64,000 nt of DNA from the NCBI GenBank assembly GCA_964106915.2, contig OZ066914.1; one strand, written 5' to 3'. Under the pieces are notes generated by a model. That model was not told the origin of the DNA. It did no database searches and saw nothing but the letters and a program-made list of their open reading frames with translations. Source of the stretch: Podarcis gaigeae. Lineage: Eukaryota. The translations under genes were made by a program, and so were the position numbers. Within the stretch, counting starts at the first letter, position 1. Each line of letters begins with the position of its first letter. Below, piece after piece: positions 24,271 through 36,575 of this stretch.

Positions 24271-25019
24271 CTTGTGTCCTCCCTAAAAGAGGGCACATGT
24301 TGTGGTGAGACCTGGAGACTGACCTCTTGGTTGTGGGTGGGTCTATTGGATAGCCACAACACCTGATTGGTAAGTCCCTCGTTGCTGGGTTTAATCTGGC
24401 CAATAGGGTGCAGTCTAAACAGATTGAGGGACCTATGTAAACCCATGCACGTGTCCCAGAACTTCCTCTTTTGGCTCGTGCATCAGAACACCTGCCCACC
24501 TCTCCCTAATTTTAGGGCATTTTACGATTGACCTTGCTATGCCGTCATGTGTCGTCTGTCGTTGGGACAGGGGCACGGCAGGAATTTTTCCCACTTGGCT
24601 GATTGGCTGTGGCCATTTGGGTTTCGCCTGCCACATAGCAATTCGTCACAACTTGTAAGGTTGTGGATAGGCACTGGTTCAGGTGATAGGGATGGGAGAA
24701 TGCTCTCGCCATCCCTATGTGAAGGGTATTCCGTTAAAGGAATCCAGGGACTCAACCCCAAGAGGGGGTTGTTCCCATGCCTGAGTCCAGGGGAGTGAAC
24801 AGAGTCTGTTCCCAGGCTTTTCACCTGCCTCAGGTGTTCACCCTTGGCTGACCTGGGTCAGCGCTACCTGCAAGGGTGTAGGGAGCTAGTCAAACCAGAG
24901 CCTATGCAACCACTCACTTATCTGTAATCAATAAAGTTGTGGCCTAAATTCTGCCAAAAACCAATTTGAGTCAAATGTGTCTCTATTTAGGGGAGAGGTC
25001 TCTGGGTCTGAGCATGCAA
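24271..25019 (+). mobile_element. LTR-like terminal-repeat element, probably DIRS/Ngaro-type (copy A)
   Basis: Colinear homolog at 55512-56306 (-). CCAAT/ATTGG boxes, TATA-like box, pyrimidine initiator, CCCACCTCTCCC and AATAAAGTTGTGGCC; no TG..CA ends; splits an L2 fragment. Confidence 0.65.
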
Positions 25020-25420
25020 TGAGCCTTTTTTATGGTGGCTCCCCCAGAGAAGCTTGCCTGGTGTCATCATTACACGTCTTTAGTTGCCAGGCCAAAAGAT
25101 TTGTCTTTACCCAGACCTTTAACCCTTAATCAAAACAAAAAAATTCCTTCCAGTAGCACCTTAAAGACCAACTAAAGTCAGTGCTTGGTATGAGCTTTCG
25201 TGTGCATGCACACTTCTTCTTTAACCCTTAAGTAATCTACAGTCTGTTAATGCTGGTTTGTGTGTGTTGTTAGGATTATTTTATTGTTATTCTGTCTGTT
25301 ATTAGGCCTTTTATTACATTTGCATTATAGATGCTCTTTAATGTGTTCTTAATGTTGTACGCTGCCCTGGTATCTTTTGATAAAGGGTAGTATGTAATAT
25401 GTAATATGCAGTATGTAAAT
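25020..25420 (+). mobile_element. Decayed L2 3' end
   Basis: GCCTTTT..GGTGGCTCCC..GCCAGGCCAAAAG..CCCAGACCTTT followed by a T-rich UTR and TGTACGCTGCCCTGG tail; similar to 35930-36240. Confidence 0.6.
25130..25218 (-). mobile_element. Penelope-like element terminal fragment carrying a truncated hammerhead
   Basis: Minus strand GAAGAAGTGTGCATGCACACGAAAGCTCATACC..GTTGGTCTTTAAGGTGCTACTGG; flanked by 13-bp direct repeat CTTTAACCCTTAA (25117-25129, 25219-25231). Confidence 0.8.
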
Positions 25421-27334
25421 TGAATCAATCAATCATCATTGTCAGGTGTGGGAGGGCAAGGGCAGGGCTTCAAAGGAATAACCGGGAGCTTAAAATGGGA
25501 ATAGGCTATTGCTGTCCACCCATTGCTCCTTCATGTCAGGATAGTCCCTGGCCTAATCCAGACCCCACTTGTGTGTAGAGGCACTATAGGCATAACATGT
25601 GCAAACAGCCTCTCCAGTAAGGTGCCAAATGTTAGGCTGCAAGGCGTCTTGGTGGAAGGTACTCAGACAACCATCCCCTCACAATTTTTTTTGAATAAGT
25701 GGCGAGATTATTTGGACTCCCTTATTTTCAGTGGGCAGTAAGTGTGAGAAGGAGAGAAGTCTGAAGAATAATTTAGCGCACAACCTGCCATTGAATACAC
25801 TGCAAAGATACTGGATTAAATGTTGATAATCTGTTGATAACATATTGTTATTTCCCCCCTAATATATATTATGAGAACAGCCAACTTCTTGGTTTTTAAA
25901 TCAGTGGATGGGAAGGCTGACAAAGTATATATTAAGAAAGCTTTCAGTCAACTCAAGAAGAACCGTCAACTGTAATATTAGACGGAGCGGGACTCTCAAG
26001 GTCATCCTTGGTATGAGAATAAGGGCATGTCCCTGTAGGGAAAAGTCACAGTGGCTCAGCTTGGATGGGAAGAAATATCTCTTCCCTGCTGAGCACAGGA
26101 AGTTGGATCTGTCTGCCCGTGCTAGACCAAAAGCTTTCCCAGGTCAGGAAAGTCTTTGGCACTGCTATGTTTGCTCGACTTTTGAAAATATGATGACAGG
26201 AATCAAAATTATGCAAAAAAGCTCATCCATTCAACAACTGCCACCACAATTCATTCACAGGAGCCAATGACAATCACGGGACAGGCCAATTATCATCCAC
26301 ACAATGACAGATATGGCTATCATAACATCAGTATATGAACACGACTGTGAAAGGTTGATGATCTCCTTCTTTATCTCCACTACAATGGATAAACTAAACT
26401 CCGCCCAGAATCCTTCCAATTACTCCAAGTTGCACAATGAAACAAAACCACTAAGCCTAATAATTCTTAAGTGACTGGTAATCTAGCTGTAACACTGAGG
26501 GCCAGGAAGCTGGGAGGGCAAGGAATATGGGATGATTCTTTTTTGTTTTTTATGTCTTGCTGTTTGCACCTTTGGGTTCATAAACTTATAAAAATCCAAT
26601 GCAAATGTTTTTCAAAATTAACAAAATAAAAGCAATTCATCATAATAAAGAAGCTAAGAATATTAATATCCAGTGCAAAAATGCAGTTTATAAAACCACC
26701 ATCAGTCCAATCAATTTCTCAAGACCTCGACTCGAGAAAAAGCAACGATACCTATTTAGGGTATCCTAAGAGCTTCTGGTGATGGGACCCAGTAAACCCT
26801 GGATAGTAATGCATTACAAACATGCAGGGCTCTTGCAGAAAAAAGCTACAATTCCCAGAGTGATTTAACAATCAATCCCTCTTAACAGGGAGCTCTGGGC
26901 ATTGTAGTTCTGGGGGGGGGGATATGGGTCTCTTAACCACTCTCAGCACTCTTAACAAACTACTCTTCCCAGAATCCTTTGGGGAAGCCATGACTGTTTA
27001 AAGTAGCATCTTCATGCTATGGTTGTGGGCTAAATGTCTCCATTTTTGCTAAATGGCATGCCCTCCTTTCCAATCCATCTAACTAGCCTTCACAAGCCTT
27101 TTAAGGCCTATAGCAGCACCATTTTTTATTCACCTTTTTGTGGGAAGGAGAAAGGTGGCAAGGACTCTTTTCCACCGACCCTCCCAGGAATTGAGAATTC
27201 ACTTGGCCAGACCTACAGAGAGCTGAGCTTTCCAAAAGAAATAGGGACCTGTCCTATGGGACAGAAAACCGAGGAAAATACCCAAAGGTGGTGGTGATGG
27301 AGGGGTGGTGGTGGTGGTGCGGAAATTAAAAAGA

Positions 27335-27495
27335 AAGAGAAAAACAGCCCGTCAACATTACGCATGTCTGTCTCAGATGATAATGACGGCTCTAATGATG
27401 TGACAAGGTCAAAGTTCGCAAAGAAAACAGCGATAAAGGACTAACAACTGTCAGAGCTGTAAGAAAAAATAAAAATAAAGTTTTTGTTAATTAAA
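27335..27495. promoter_or_regulatory. Candidate enhancer next to an assembly gap
   Basis: CpG-retaining unique block with TGACA-AGGTCA-A-AGTTCG (MEIS-like plus DR1-like nuclear-receptor site), CAGATG, GATAA twice, CTGTCA and TTAATTAA. Confidence 0.4.
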
Positions 27496-27539
27496 AGGAT
27501 TTCTCTCCCTCCCTTCCTCCCTCTCCCTCTGCCTTAGAA

Positions 27540-27679
27540 NNNNNNNNNNNNNNNNNNNNNNNNNNNNNNNNNNNNNNNNNNNNNNNNNNNNNNNNNNNNN
27601 NNNNNNNNNNNNNNNNNNNNNNNNNNNNNNNNNNNNNNNNNNNNNNNNNNNNNNNNNNNNNNNNNNNNNNNNNNNNNNN
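27540..27679. other. Assembly gap (140 N)
   Basis: Run of N. Confidence 0.99.
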
Positions 27680-28527
27680 GGAGGACCTGCAAGCATTAGG
27701 AAATAAAGGGAGAGGAGGGAAGTGGCAGGGGAGGGGGGGGTGGAGGTTGAAAGCGAGTCACCGAGCCTAAAAACAAGGTCTCCAGATTCTGCCGAGGCAA
27801 AACAAAAAACGGGGAGGCGTGAAGGACACCAAACAACGTGGCCCTATCTAATCGGGTTCCACAGGCACCCGGACACTTAATTCCCTCAGTTTCTCTTCTG
27901 CTGGACACACACACACACACACTGTGCATATGTGTGATGCGTGGCTGAGCCTCTGACAGAGGGTGCCCTCAGAGACCAGGCAGAAAATGTTCTTAATGAA
28001 AGCAGAGCCCCAAGCAGTGAGAGGTGCCATTCGTGTACCCTCCTTTGTCTGTCACACACACACAAAAAAGAGAGAGAAAAAGAACGCAGGCGAGCTTGGC
28101 AGGCTTTTGGGCCTTTCAATAATGCATGAGAGGAATTGCATCCACTCTGATGCCAGGAAAAGGGAAGAGCAGCCGAGAAGGGTTGTGTTACAGCACCCTC
28201 AACGCAAATTCGCTGCCTGTACATCCCCTAGCATGGAGCCTCCACCCCATCCCACCACTACTGTCACACTTTCCTTCTGTGTGAAGGGCCATCACCCCAC
28301 TCTTTTTTTCTTCTTCTTTCGCACCTGTAATGGAGCTCATTGCAATGAGTCTAGATCAGCTGTGCTTGCATCCGGCTTGTGCACGTAATGATCGCTGGAA
28401 CCAGTGAATTCTGGCCTCTGATAAGTGTGTGCAAGATCGGGTGCTGCCAGCTTTTTAGGGCCTGTGGGCACATTTGCAAAGTTGGAGAAACAGTTACGGG
28501 CATCGCATGCACACCCCAACGAGGATA

Positions 28528-28880
28528 AAAAGGTAAAGGGACCCCTGACCATTAGGTCCAGTCGTGACCGACCCTGGGGTTGCAGCACTCATCTCGCATT
28601 ATTGGCTGAGGGAACCGGCGTACAGCTTCCGGGTCATGTGGCCAGCATGACTAAGCTGCTTCTGGCGAACCAGAGCAGCACACGGAAATGACATTTACCT
28701 TCCTGCCGGAGTGGTACCTATTTATCTACTTGCACTTTGACGTGCTTTCAAACTGCTAGGTTGGCAGGAGCAGGGACCGAGCAACGGGAGCTCACTCCGT
28801 TGCGGGGATTCGAACCGCCGACCTTCTGATCGGCAAGTCCTAGGCTCTGTGGTTTAACCCACAGCGCCACCTGCGTCCCT
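28528..28880 (-). mobile_element. Full-length Sauria SINE with TSD
   Basis: Minus strand starts GGGACGCAGGTGGCGCTGTGGGTTAAACC, has B-box GGTTCGAATCC and ends GGTCAGGGGTCCCTTTACCTTT; 14-bp TSD CCCCAAC(G/C)AGGATA at 28514-28527 and 28881-28894. Confidence 0.95.
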
Positions 28881-29334
28881 CCCCAACCAGGATAGTCATC
28901 AGCTATTCCACTAGCTACAATGGGATGCTTCTTTTGAGCCTAATTTCAGTGGTGGAGGGGGAGAAGACCCTGGGTGCCAAGGAAGACCTCTGTGGGTGCA
29001 TATGTGCCCACAGGTGACTCAATGGTATGCCACCCCCAGTGCAGTCACTGAATTGGCTCAGAAGAGTTTGAGGTGTCTGAACCCTATGACCACATCACAT
29101 TGGTCTCAGCCTCTGTTGCTTGTCTTTAATGATGGAAGAGTTCTGTGCCACCTTTAAAACAAGCAAAAAGCTTGTGTGGTTCAGAATCCACTTTTTCTGA
29201 TGCACCAAAGCGGTTGTATTTGGTAGGCATCTACATACATCTGGGCATTTCAGGGGATCTGGGTTGCTTGGAAGGTGACACAAGGACTTCTGTTTTTCAG
29301 TGGAGATATGGTACTTGATCGTCTCTCATGTTAC

Positions 29335-29600
29335 AGAAGCCTGTCGGGCATCCACTAGGAGTCTGGCATTTAGCATTGCTGGTCCCATGCTGTGGGACAC
29401 TCTTCCAGCAGAGATTCGGCAGGCATCCTCACTTTTGATTTACAGGTGTCTCTTGAAGACCTTTTCAAAAAAATGCCAGCAGGCTTTTGCAGCCCTTTTA
29501 AATTGTTTCGCATCCCTTTAATGTTGTTTTATGTTTCGGCATTCTACACCACCCTGATATTTTATGACACAGCAGTATAGAAATACTTTTATAAATAAAT
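29335..29600 (+). mobile_element. Decayed L2 3' end
   Basis: Encodes AFSIAGPMLWDTLPAEIRQASSLLIYRCLLKT (L2 ORF2 C-terminus pattern) followed by UTR and an ATAAATAAAT tail. Confidence 0.75.
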
Positions 29601-30534
29601 TCCTGGCTCTTTCTCCTCTGTATAGTTGCACAGTGGATATTTCATGAGATTGCAGCTGCCAAGCCAAATGTGAGGATGGATTCGTAGGCACTATGTGTCT
29701 ATTGTGTTCTCTAAAAGCAGGACATGGCTCTATAAGCCACTGTACAGAACTGAGAGAAGTATACAGGTTGAAATGACAGTAGTGTTAAATATTACCACAA
29801 GAACCCAGTTGTTCTTGGGTATACTTCTGTCTTTACACAGTTTGCAAAGCGTCCAGGGGAAAAGAAAGGAGACTCGCCCCTGATTTTTCCAGACTAGTTT
29901 CCCTAGTGTAACGCGGAAGCTAATCAGCAACCTGAAAAGCCAGCCACAGAGATATGGTCAGATTCAGTTTCCTGCAGGCCTCTGCCTCCTCCACGTCTCC
30001 TCTCTGTGCCTGGGGTTGGCCACGGTGTAAGCCAGGAGAATCCTTCTGCTCTGGTGCCAAGCATCCGCTGTCTTCTGCCAAGACTCTCCCTGTGTTTCTC
30101 TGGCTGCTGTGTAAAAAGGTCAGATCTAATGAGACAACACCAAGCAGCTGCTTTTGTCTGTTCCTCTGGCACAAGCAATTATGGAGGCAATTTCTATTTG
30201 CACATCAAAAATCCCATAGTGGGAGGATTTTCCAGCTTATGGTGTCTTTTCTGCAGAATCCAGTGCCTGGGACTTACATTCTGCCTGTTCTTTCTGTGTG
30301 CAAGGCTTCTGCAATCTTATCCATGTTTGTTCCCTCCACTGTGGATGAAAAACCTGTTTGTTTCTGCCCGGTTCTGTGTATGCTTCCATCCCCCCAAGGT
30401 CCAGTGATGGAGGAGAGCTCCAGCATCAAACAGACTACTGTGGCATCTATTGTAGAACCAGGGCAGGGAGCTACTTTTGTCCATTTGGCTGGATCAAAAA
30501 AGTGGTCAACCTTCTTTGAGCCACACCAGGGGGA

Positions 30535-30742
30535 TAAGAACTTAAGAAGAGCCTGCTGGATGAGGCCAATGGCCCACCCAGTCCAGCACCCTGTTTTCGC
30601 AGGGGCCAAGCAGATGCCTATGGGAAACCCAGAAGCAGGATCTGGGCATAAGAGCCCTCTCCCCTCCTGTGCTTTCCAGCACCTGGTATTCAGAGAAGCA
30701 TTACCATCTCCAACTGTGGAGGCAGAGCATAGCCACGACTAG
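30535..30742 (-). mobile_element. CR1 LINE 3'UTR
   Basis: ATAAGAACTTAAGAAGAGCCTGCTGGATGAGGCCAATGGCCCA..GTCCAGCA is the reverse complement of a CR1 tail. Confidence 0.85.
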
Positions 30743-30896
30743 ATTCTGGGGGACATTATTTCCTGTTGCATGATGGCATCACGCTTGCAGATATTATGTA
30801 ATAGCTTTGGCGGAGAGTTGCCTAGCCTAAAGGGGTTCTTATACAATGGTTCCACACGTTGCAGTGCTCTTGGAATGATGCAAATACAGCTTTTTA

Positions 30897-31278
30897 AAAG
30901 CTGATCGCCGAAGAATTGATGCTTTTGAATTATGGTGCTGGAGGAGACTCTTGAGAATCCCATGGACTGCAAGAAGATCAAACCTCTCCATTCTTAAGGA
31001 TATCAACCCTGAGTGCTTACTGGAAGGACAGATCGTGAAGCTGAGGCTCCAATACTTTGGCCACCTCATGAGAAGAGAAGACTCCCTGTAAAAAACCCTG
31101 ATGTTGGGAAAGAGGGAGGGCACAAGGAGAAGGGGACGACAGAGGATGAGGTGGTCGGATAGTGTCTTCAAAGCTACCAGCATGAGTTTGACCAAACTGC
31201 GGGAGGCAGTGGAAGACAAAAGTGCCTGGTGTGCTCTGGTCCATGGGGTCACATGACTAAACGACTAAACAACAACAA
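30897..31278 (+). mobile_element. BovB (RTE clade) LINE 3' fragment
   Basis: Encodes KADRRRIDAFELWCWRRLLRIPWTARRSN..KLRLQYFGHLMRREDSL*KTLMLGK..GTRRRGRQRMRW; ends in (AAC)n. Confidence 0.95.
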
Positions 31279-32390
31279 AATATTTATTTAGACCCCATCT
31301 TTCTCCCCTGACAGAGTCTCAAGGTGGCATGGTGGAAGTGTATCTTAATCTAGGGCCCCTCAAACAGCTCACGATCCTGTGTGTGTGAGGAACCGACAGG
31401 AACTATACAGTCCAAAACAATATATCAGTCTACTCTGTAAGTAAACAAACAAACTCCCATGTTGGAATCTTAAAGAATTAAGCCCAATTATTAGGCAGGT
31501 GAGGCAAAAGTCTAATATTGGGGATTATGAGAAAGCAGCTACTGAATTTATTATTGGTATTGTGTCTCTACTTCTAGGGCACATATGATATTTTCTGCCT
31601 CAGGTGTCTAAAGGCCAGCCTTGAGTCTTATGTACCTTGATTCTGGGAGTATGTCTCTGTGTTGGTGGAGGTGGGAAGAAACTCTGGCAGCAAAATGTCT
31701 TTGGTCAGCCTTGCTAACAAACCTGTTTGGGTTTGTTGGGTATGTTGGTCACAGCCCACTTTTTTAGATTACATGGAAAGTATCCTAGATAGGTATCTAG
31801 GGTGCAATTCACATGGGTGCAAAGTAAAGTAATAGTGGCCAAAAGGTTAAGCAAGGCAAATTAATACATTCCGTCAGAGTGGGTGTGACCCATTCCTAAT
31901 TATGTGTTAATTTCATACTATGGAACTTGGACTTGGCAGAGACCAAGAGTGGCAAGCTTACTACTGAAAGTAATTGGCTCATTTTAGGTGTTGATGCTAT
32001 CTGTACTGCTATGCTAATTCTGTCACTAGGAGCCACTCACACCCACTCTGATTGGATTTTGCATTCATTTGAGCTCCATATTGGAATGAGAGACACCTGG
32101 TATTACCTCTCTTGTCTATTCTCTCCCTCTTCCTATACACCCACCCACCTAGGAGACCACTTCAGGAATCCAAAAAAACACACCTGTATATCATCTTAAT
32201 ATGTATTTGTCATTTAGATGAAACAATATTATTTTTGCTAAAACAGAGTTTGGACTCAAGTTACATATGGCAGTTCTCTTTGTTTAAACCCAGGTTTGCC
32301 CAAATCACATATAAAACAGGGAATCTAAATTTCAGAGCATAAGGGTACAGTGGTGGTGGTGGCAGCTGACTTAAGTCGGGTCCATATAGA

Positions 32391-33325
32391 CTTCCAGATG
32401 TCATGGGACTCCAACTCCCATCAGCCCCTTCTACCATGGGCCAATGGTCAGGAATAATGGGAGTTGTTGTCTACCAATATCTGGAGAGCCAGAGGTTTCC
32501 CATCCCTGTCCTCAGCCCTCCCTGCACCTACAGGCTATCTCCCTATAACCTCTCTCCTTTCTTTTCTTCTAACCAATACACTTCTGGTGTTGGAGCCCAG
32601 CTCAGGGGGAAGTGATATTTATTTATTCAAGTCATTTTATATTCTGCCTTTCTACATTGGGCTTAACCAATGTGGTGCTCTCCAAATCTTGGACTACAAC
32701 TCCCCTGAACCCTGATCCATCGTAGTAGAGGCTGATGGTAGCTGTAGTCCATCAATGTCTTGAGGTTGCCACATTGGCTGTCCCTATTTTTCATGGGCTA
32801 TTATTATTTGATAAATCAACATTCATTTTCAGCACCATTTTTACACTTTGCTTCTTCTTTTGCTTCCTTTTTATTTTTGATGGGTTTCCCCCTCATGGTT
32901 TGAGGCCAATACAGCTCATTACCTCACTGAATTCCCCCTGTCTTTCTTCTACAGCAAGTAGTGAAGAGATTGTGAACCTCCATATCTTGTTGGACTACAG
33001 CTCCCATCACTCCTGACTAGGAGGGTGTGATGAGAATTGGAGTCCAACAGCACCTGGAGGGCCATAGGTTTCCCATTTCTGATGTAGAGAGTGAGAAAAA
33101 TAGATGGTAGGCAAACTTCTAGCTCTTTTGGCTTAATGGTTAATACAGTCTCCCCCTGCCCTCATACTTGGCCACAATCTTATACAACTAGGTTAGCCAA
33201 TTTGGTGCCCTTGATAACTTGTTGGACTACAATTCCCATCATCACTGACCACTGGCCATGTTGGCTAAAACTTATGGGTGTTAGAGTCCAACAATATCTG
33301 GGGGGTGCAAGGGAACCACATTGTT
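32391..33325. mobile_element. Cluster of four hAT-type palindromic MITEs (~32391-32508, 32658-32785, 32964-33080, 33188-33325)
   Basis: Each has GGACT(A/C)CA(A/G)(C/T)TCCC..(G/A)GTCCA-type arms like 11432-11562. Confidence 0.75.
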
Positions 33326-35239
33326 GAATCCAATTGTACAATATTGTAATTATGTTGTGGTGTGACTTTTGTCTGCATCTACTTGGCTTTGTAAGATAGA
33401 GGAAAATATATTGCACCAGGTGGTTTTGAGTGAAATCCAAACCCTTCACCTATCCTCTGTGTTTCTTAGTAAGATCTTTGAAAAAGAGTGTCATCTTGCA
33501 TTGCTTCCCTTTGGAGAGATAAAAAGTGACTCATTACCTAGTCTCACTTTAATATTTTAGACAGATGAAGAGACAAAAGGCAGGATCAAGAGAGTTGTGT
33601 ACATTAATATGGGAGGAGATGCAGAGGTGGGTGGAGGAGGAAGGTTTTGGCAACATGCTTAAAGCAAAGGCAGTGGAATCAAAATTGTGAACTTTTGATT
33701 CAAAATATTCTTTTTGAAGGATATCGGACAAACGAGCACATCAGATGCTTATTATTTTATAGCCATTTTGGGGTGTTCAAAACCACTCGCTAAAATCAAC
33801 AATTGCACTTTTCATTTGAAAAGCCAATCAGAATCTCCAAGGCCTACTGGAGTAGGGTGATATTAAGCCAACTCTATTTAATCAGAGTAGAACCATTACA
33901 ATTAATTAACATGACTAAGTTTCAGTAAATCTACGTTGAGTGAAACTTTGTTGAATACCACCCATAATATTTTTGTTTTTTAAAAAACACCCACCATTTT
34001 TCTTAAAATTGAGTTATGTCCTGTTGGTTTATTTATATCCTACCTTTCTAACATTTGCCTAAAGTACGTCAATTATTAAAACACATGTGCAATGCATAAA
34101 TTGACATAAAAGTCATAAAATAGATTACAAACCCTTGGGGGGAAGGGGAGTAAGGGTGCCTCCACTGAAAAGACTCAACCTCAGATAAATAAGGGAGTTC
34201 AAACAAGACTCCAACTGACGACCTAAATGAACTGGGTGTGGTGCTGGGGAGATTGACTAAATAAAAAAATTCACTATACATCTTGGTTAAGTTTAAACTT
34301 GTATAATATTCAACCAGCATCAAAAACATATCCAAAACAGCATTGTAAATCTCTGAAAAGAAAACCTCAATTGTGATCAATAGTTGTTTTCTGTTGCTGT
34401 TAAGGGAATGGGGTAACATAAAGCATTTCTGCATAATCTACAATAGCCTGAACTGGAAAATTTATCTGAAAAACTGAACAGGACTATAATGGCTTTTAGG
34501 TACTTGGCTAGTGAAAACCTATGGGAAGTTTCCTGCTAGGTTAGTTAATCCTTCATAGAACAGTGTTTTTTGAAACCCACGCTCAGCCTTTTTATCCTCC
34601 GGTTCTAAGTTATTACATAAAGACCCTTTTAACATACATTATTGAAAATTCTTATTACAGTCAAGTCATCTTAGTGAATTAGATTAGATCTCCCCAACAG
34701 AAAATAAGGTATTATAACACATTCGCTGGTATTGCAAAGGTCTGTTAGAACCGAGGCTTGGGTACTTTACTGTGTTCAAACGAAGTGTCCCAAGAAAATA
34801 ATTGAGTGAGAAATGAACTTAGAAGAACCAACAGTATTTAGAACTGAACAAATTACTGAGCAAAATTGCTTTGCCATGAAATCTTATACTCGTTGTCAAA
34901 GATGTTTAGTCTACTTGGAAGGTTTGATCTAAAAGGGCTCTATTCAGAGCAAATTTCATTTTCCATGGGTGTTGGACACACAGACTCCAAGAGGCTTCTG
35001 TAAGCTTGGCTCTTTCGGATCTGAATCTTGATCCTGGAGCCAAATATTTCTGGGCACTCCTCCTGAGGACTTTGGCTCAAGGCTTTGGCAAAAGCCACTA
35101 AACCAAAGCTGCGAGCACTGAACCGCTCCTGCCTACATTCCTTTTTATGGATGAGGGCATATATTGATAAGCTTGCAAGGCAGTGACACCTAGAAAATTT
35201 ACTTGGGAAATATCACTGCAATGTGATTTGAAATCTGTA

Positions 35240-35481
35240 CAGTGGTACCTCGGGTTAAGAACTTAATTCGTTCCAGAGATCCGTTCTTAACCTGAAACTG
35301 TTCTTAACCTGAAGCACCACTTTAGCTAATGGGGCCTCCCACTGCCGCCGCGTCACTGGAGCACGATTTCTGTTCTCATCCTGAAGCAAAGTTCTTAACC
35401 CAAGGTACTATTTCTGGGTTAGCGGAGTCTGTAACCTGAAGTGTCTGTAACCTGAAATGTATGTAACCCGAGGTACCACTA
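35240..35481. mobile_element. Tc1/mariner (Tigger/pogo-like) MITE, copy 2
   Basis: TIRs CAGTGGTACCTCGGGTTA / TAACCCGAGGTACCACTA; TA on both sides (35238-35239, 35482-35483). Confidence 0.92.
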
Positions 35482-35599
35482 TACTTGTTCACCTCAGTTT
35501 CACCTTTGACATTCATGTCATTGGCCTATCAATTGAATATCAAGAGCTGGAGTGATAAGAAAATCGACGTGATACCCATCTTCTAGACATGGGTGGGAG

Positions 35600-36191
35600 A
35601 TACAATGATAGTATGTTCTGGTAACCTCTAGGTTAGATAAGTGCGGCACATTATACATAGGGCTGCCTCTGAAGAAACTCCAGCTGGTGCAGAATTTGGC
35701 AGCCAGGCTGCCCAGCAGGGCAAGACGGTCTGAGTATATTATACCGATCCTGGCCTGACTGCACTGGCTGCCAATGAGTTTCCGGGCCCAATTCAAGGTA
35801 CTGGTTTTGACCTATAACGACTCAAATGGAACATGACCACAGTACCTACCATATGAACCTACCCAGACCTTGCAATCGTCATCTGAGGTCCTTCTTTGGG
35901 TGCCTCCTCAATGAGAGGTCCAGAGGGTGGCAACTCAGGAACAGGCCTTTTCTATGGTGGCTCCCTGTTTGTGGAATGCTCTCTCCAAGAGGCTCATCTG
36001 GCCCATTCATCACATATATTTAGGTGCCAGGCAAAAACGTTTCTCTCCAAGCAGGCATCTGGCTGATTGAACGTTTTATGGTCTTTTGAATGTGTCTTTG
36101 GGAAGAGCATTATTTGGTTGTTTTTGTTTTTGCTTTATTATGTATTTTGTATCTTTTATGTTGTGATCTTTGGATGAAGGGCAGTGTGCAA

Positions 36192-36240
<49 letters not shown>
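35600..36240 (+). mobile_element. L2 LINE ORF2 C-terminal fragment with 3'UTR and (TAA)n tail
   Basis: Translates as TSRLDKC..LYIGLPLKKLQLVQNLAARL..IIPILA*LHWLPMSFRAQFKVLVLTY, the typical L2 pattern; (TAA)n at ~36192-36239. Confidence 0.9.
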
Positions 36241-36241
<1 letters not shown>

Positions 36242-36289
36242 TTAAATATTTATACCACACCCATAAATAATAAATGTAAAATAATAATG

Positions 36290-36575
36290 CAGTGACAACA
36301 GAAAGGGTCTTTTCAGTTGTGGCCCCCATCTATGGAACTCTATCCCCAGAAAGGTCCAGCTGATACCTGCATTAGCTTTCTGTTTGTACCATAATGTTTA
36401 ACTCTTTTCTCAGGCGTTTGAGTGATTATGATAAGCGTGCTTACTGCTGTTTCTGTGTGCATTGTTTTTCTTTGGGGGCAGGGAAGGCCCTGTTTTATTG
36501 TTAAGCTCGATGGTTGCTTTTTAAGTGTGTGTGTAAGTTGCCTTGAGACGTCTTGTATAAGTCGACTTAGCGGCA
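36290..36575 (+). mobile_element. Decayed L2 3' end
   Basis: AGGGTCTTTTCAGTTGTGGCCCCC..TGGAACTCT..TGTAAGTTGCCTTGAG tail. Confidence 0.6.

Noticed and set aside
24056-24824. ORFs with matching peptides at 55689-56479, resembling a duplicated gene
   Set aside because: The similarity reflects two copies of the same non-coding LTR-like repeat; frames are not preserved end to end.
29954-30742. Longest ORF (262 aa)
   Set aside because: No recognisable domain, and its last ~70 codons are the antisense of a CR1 3'UTR; most likely a chance ORF.
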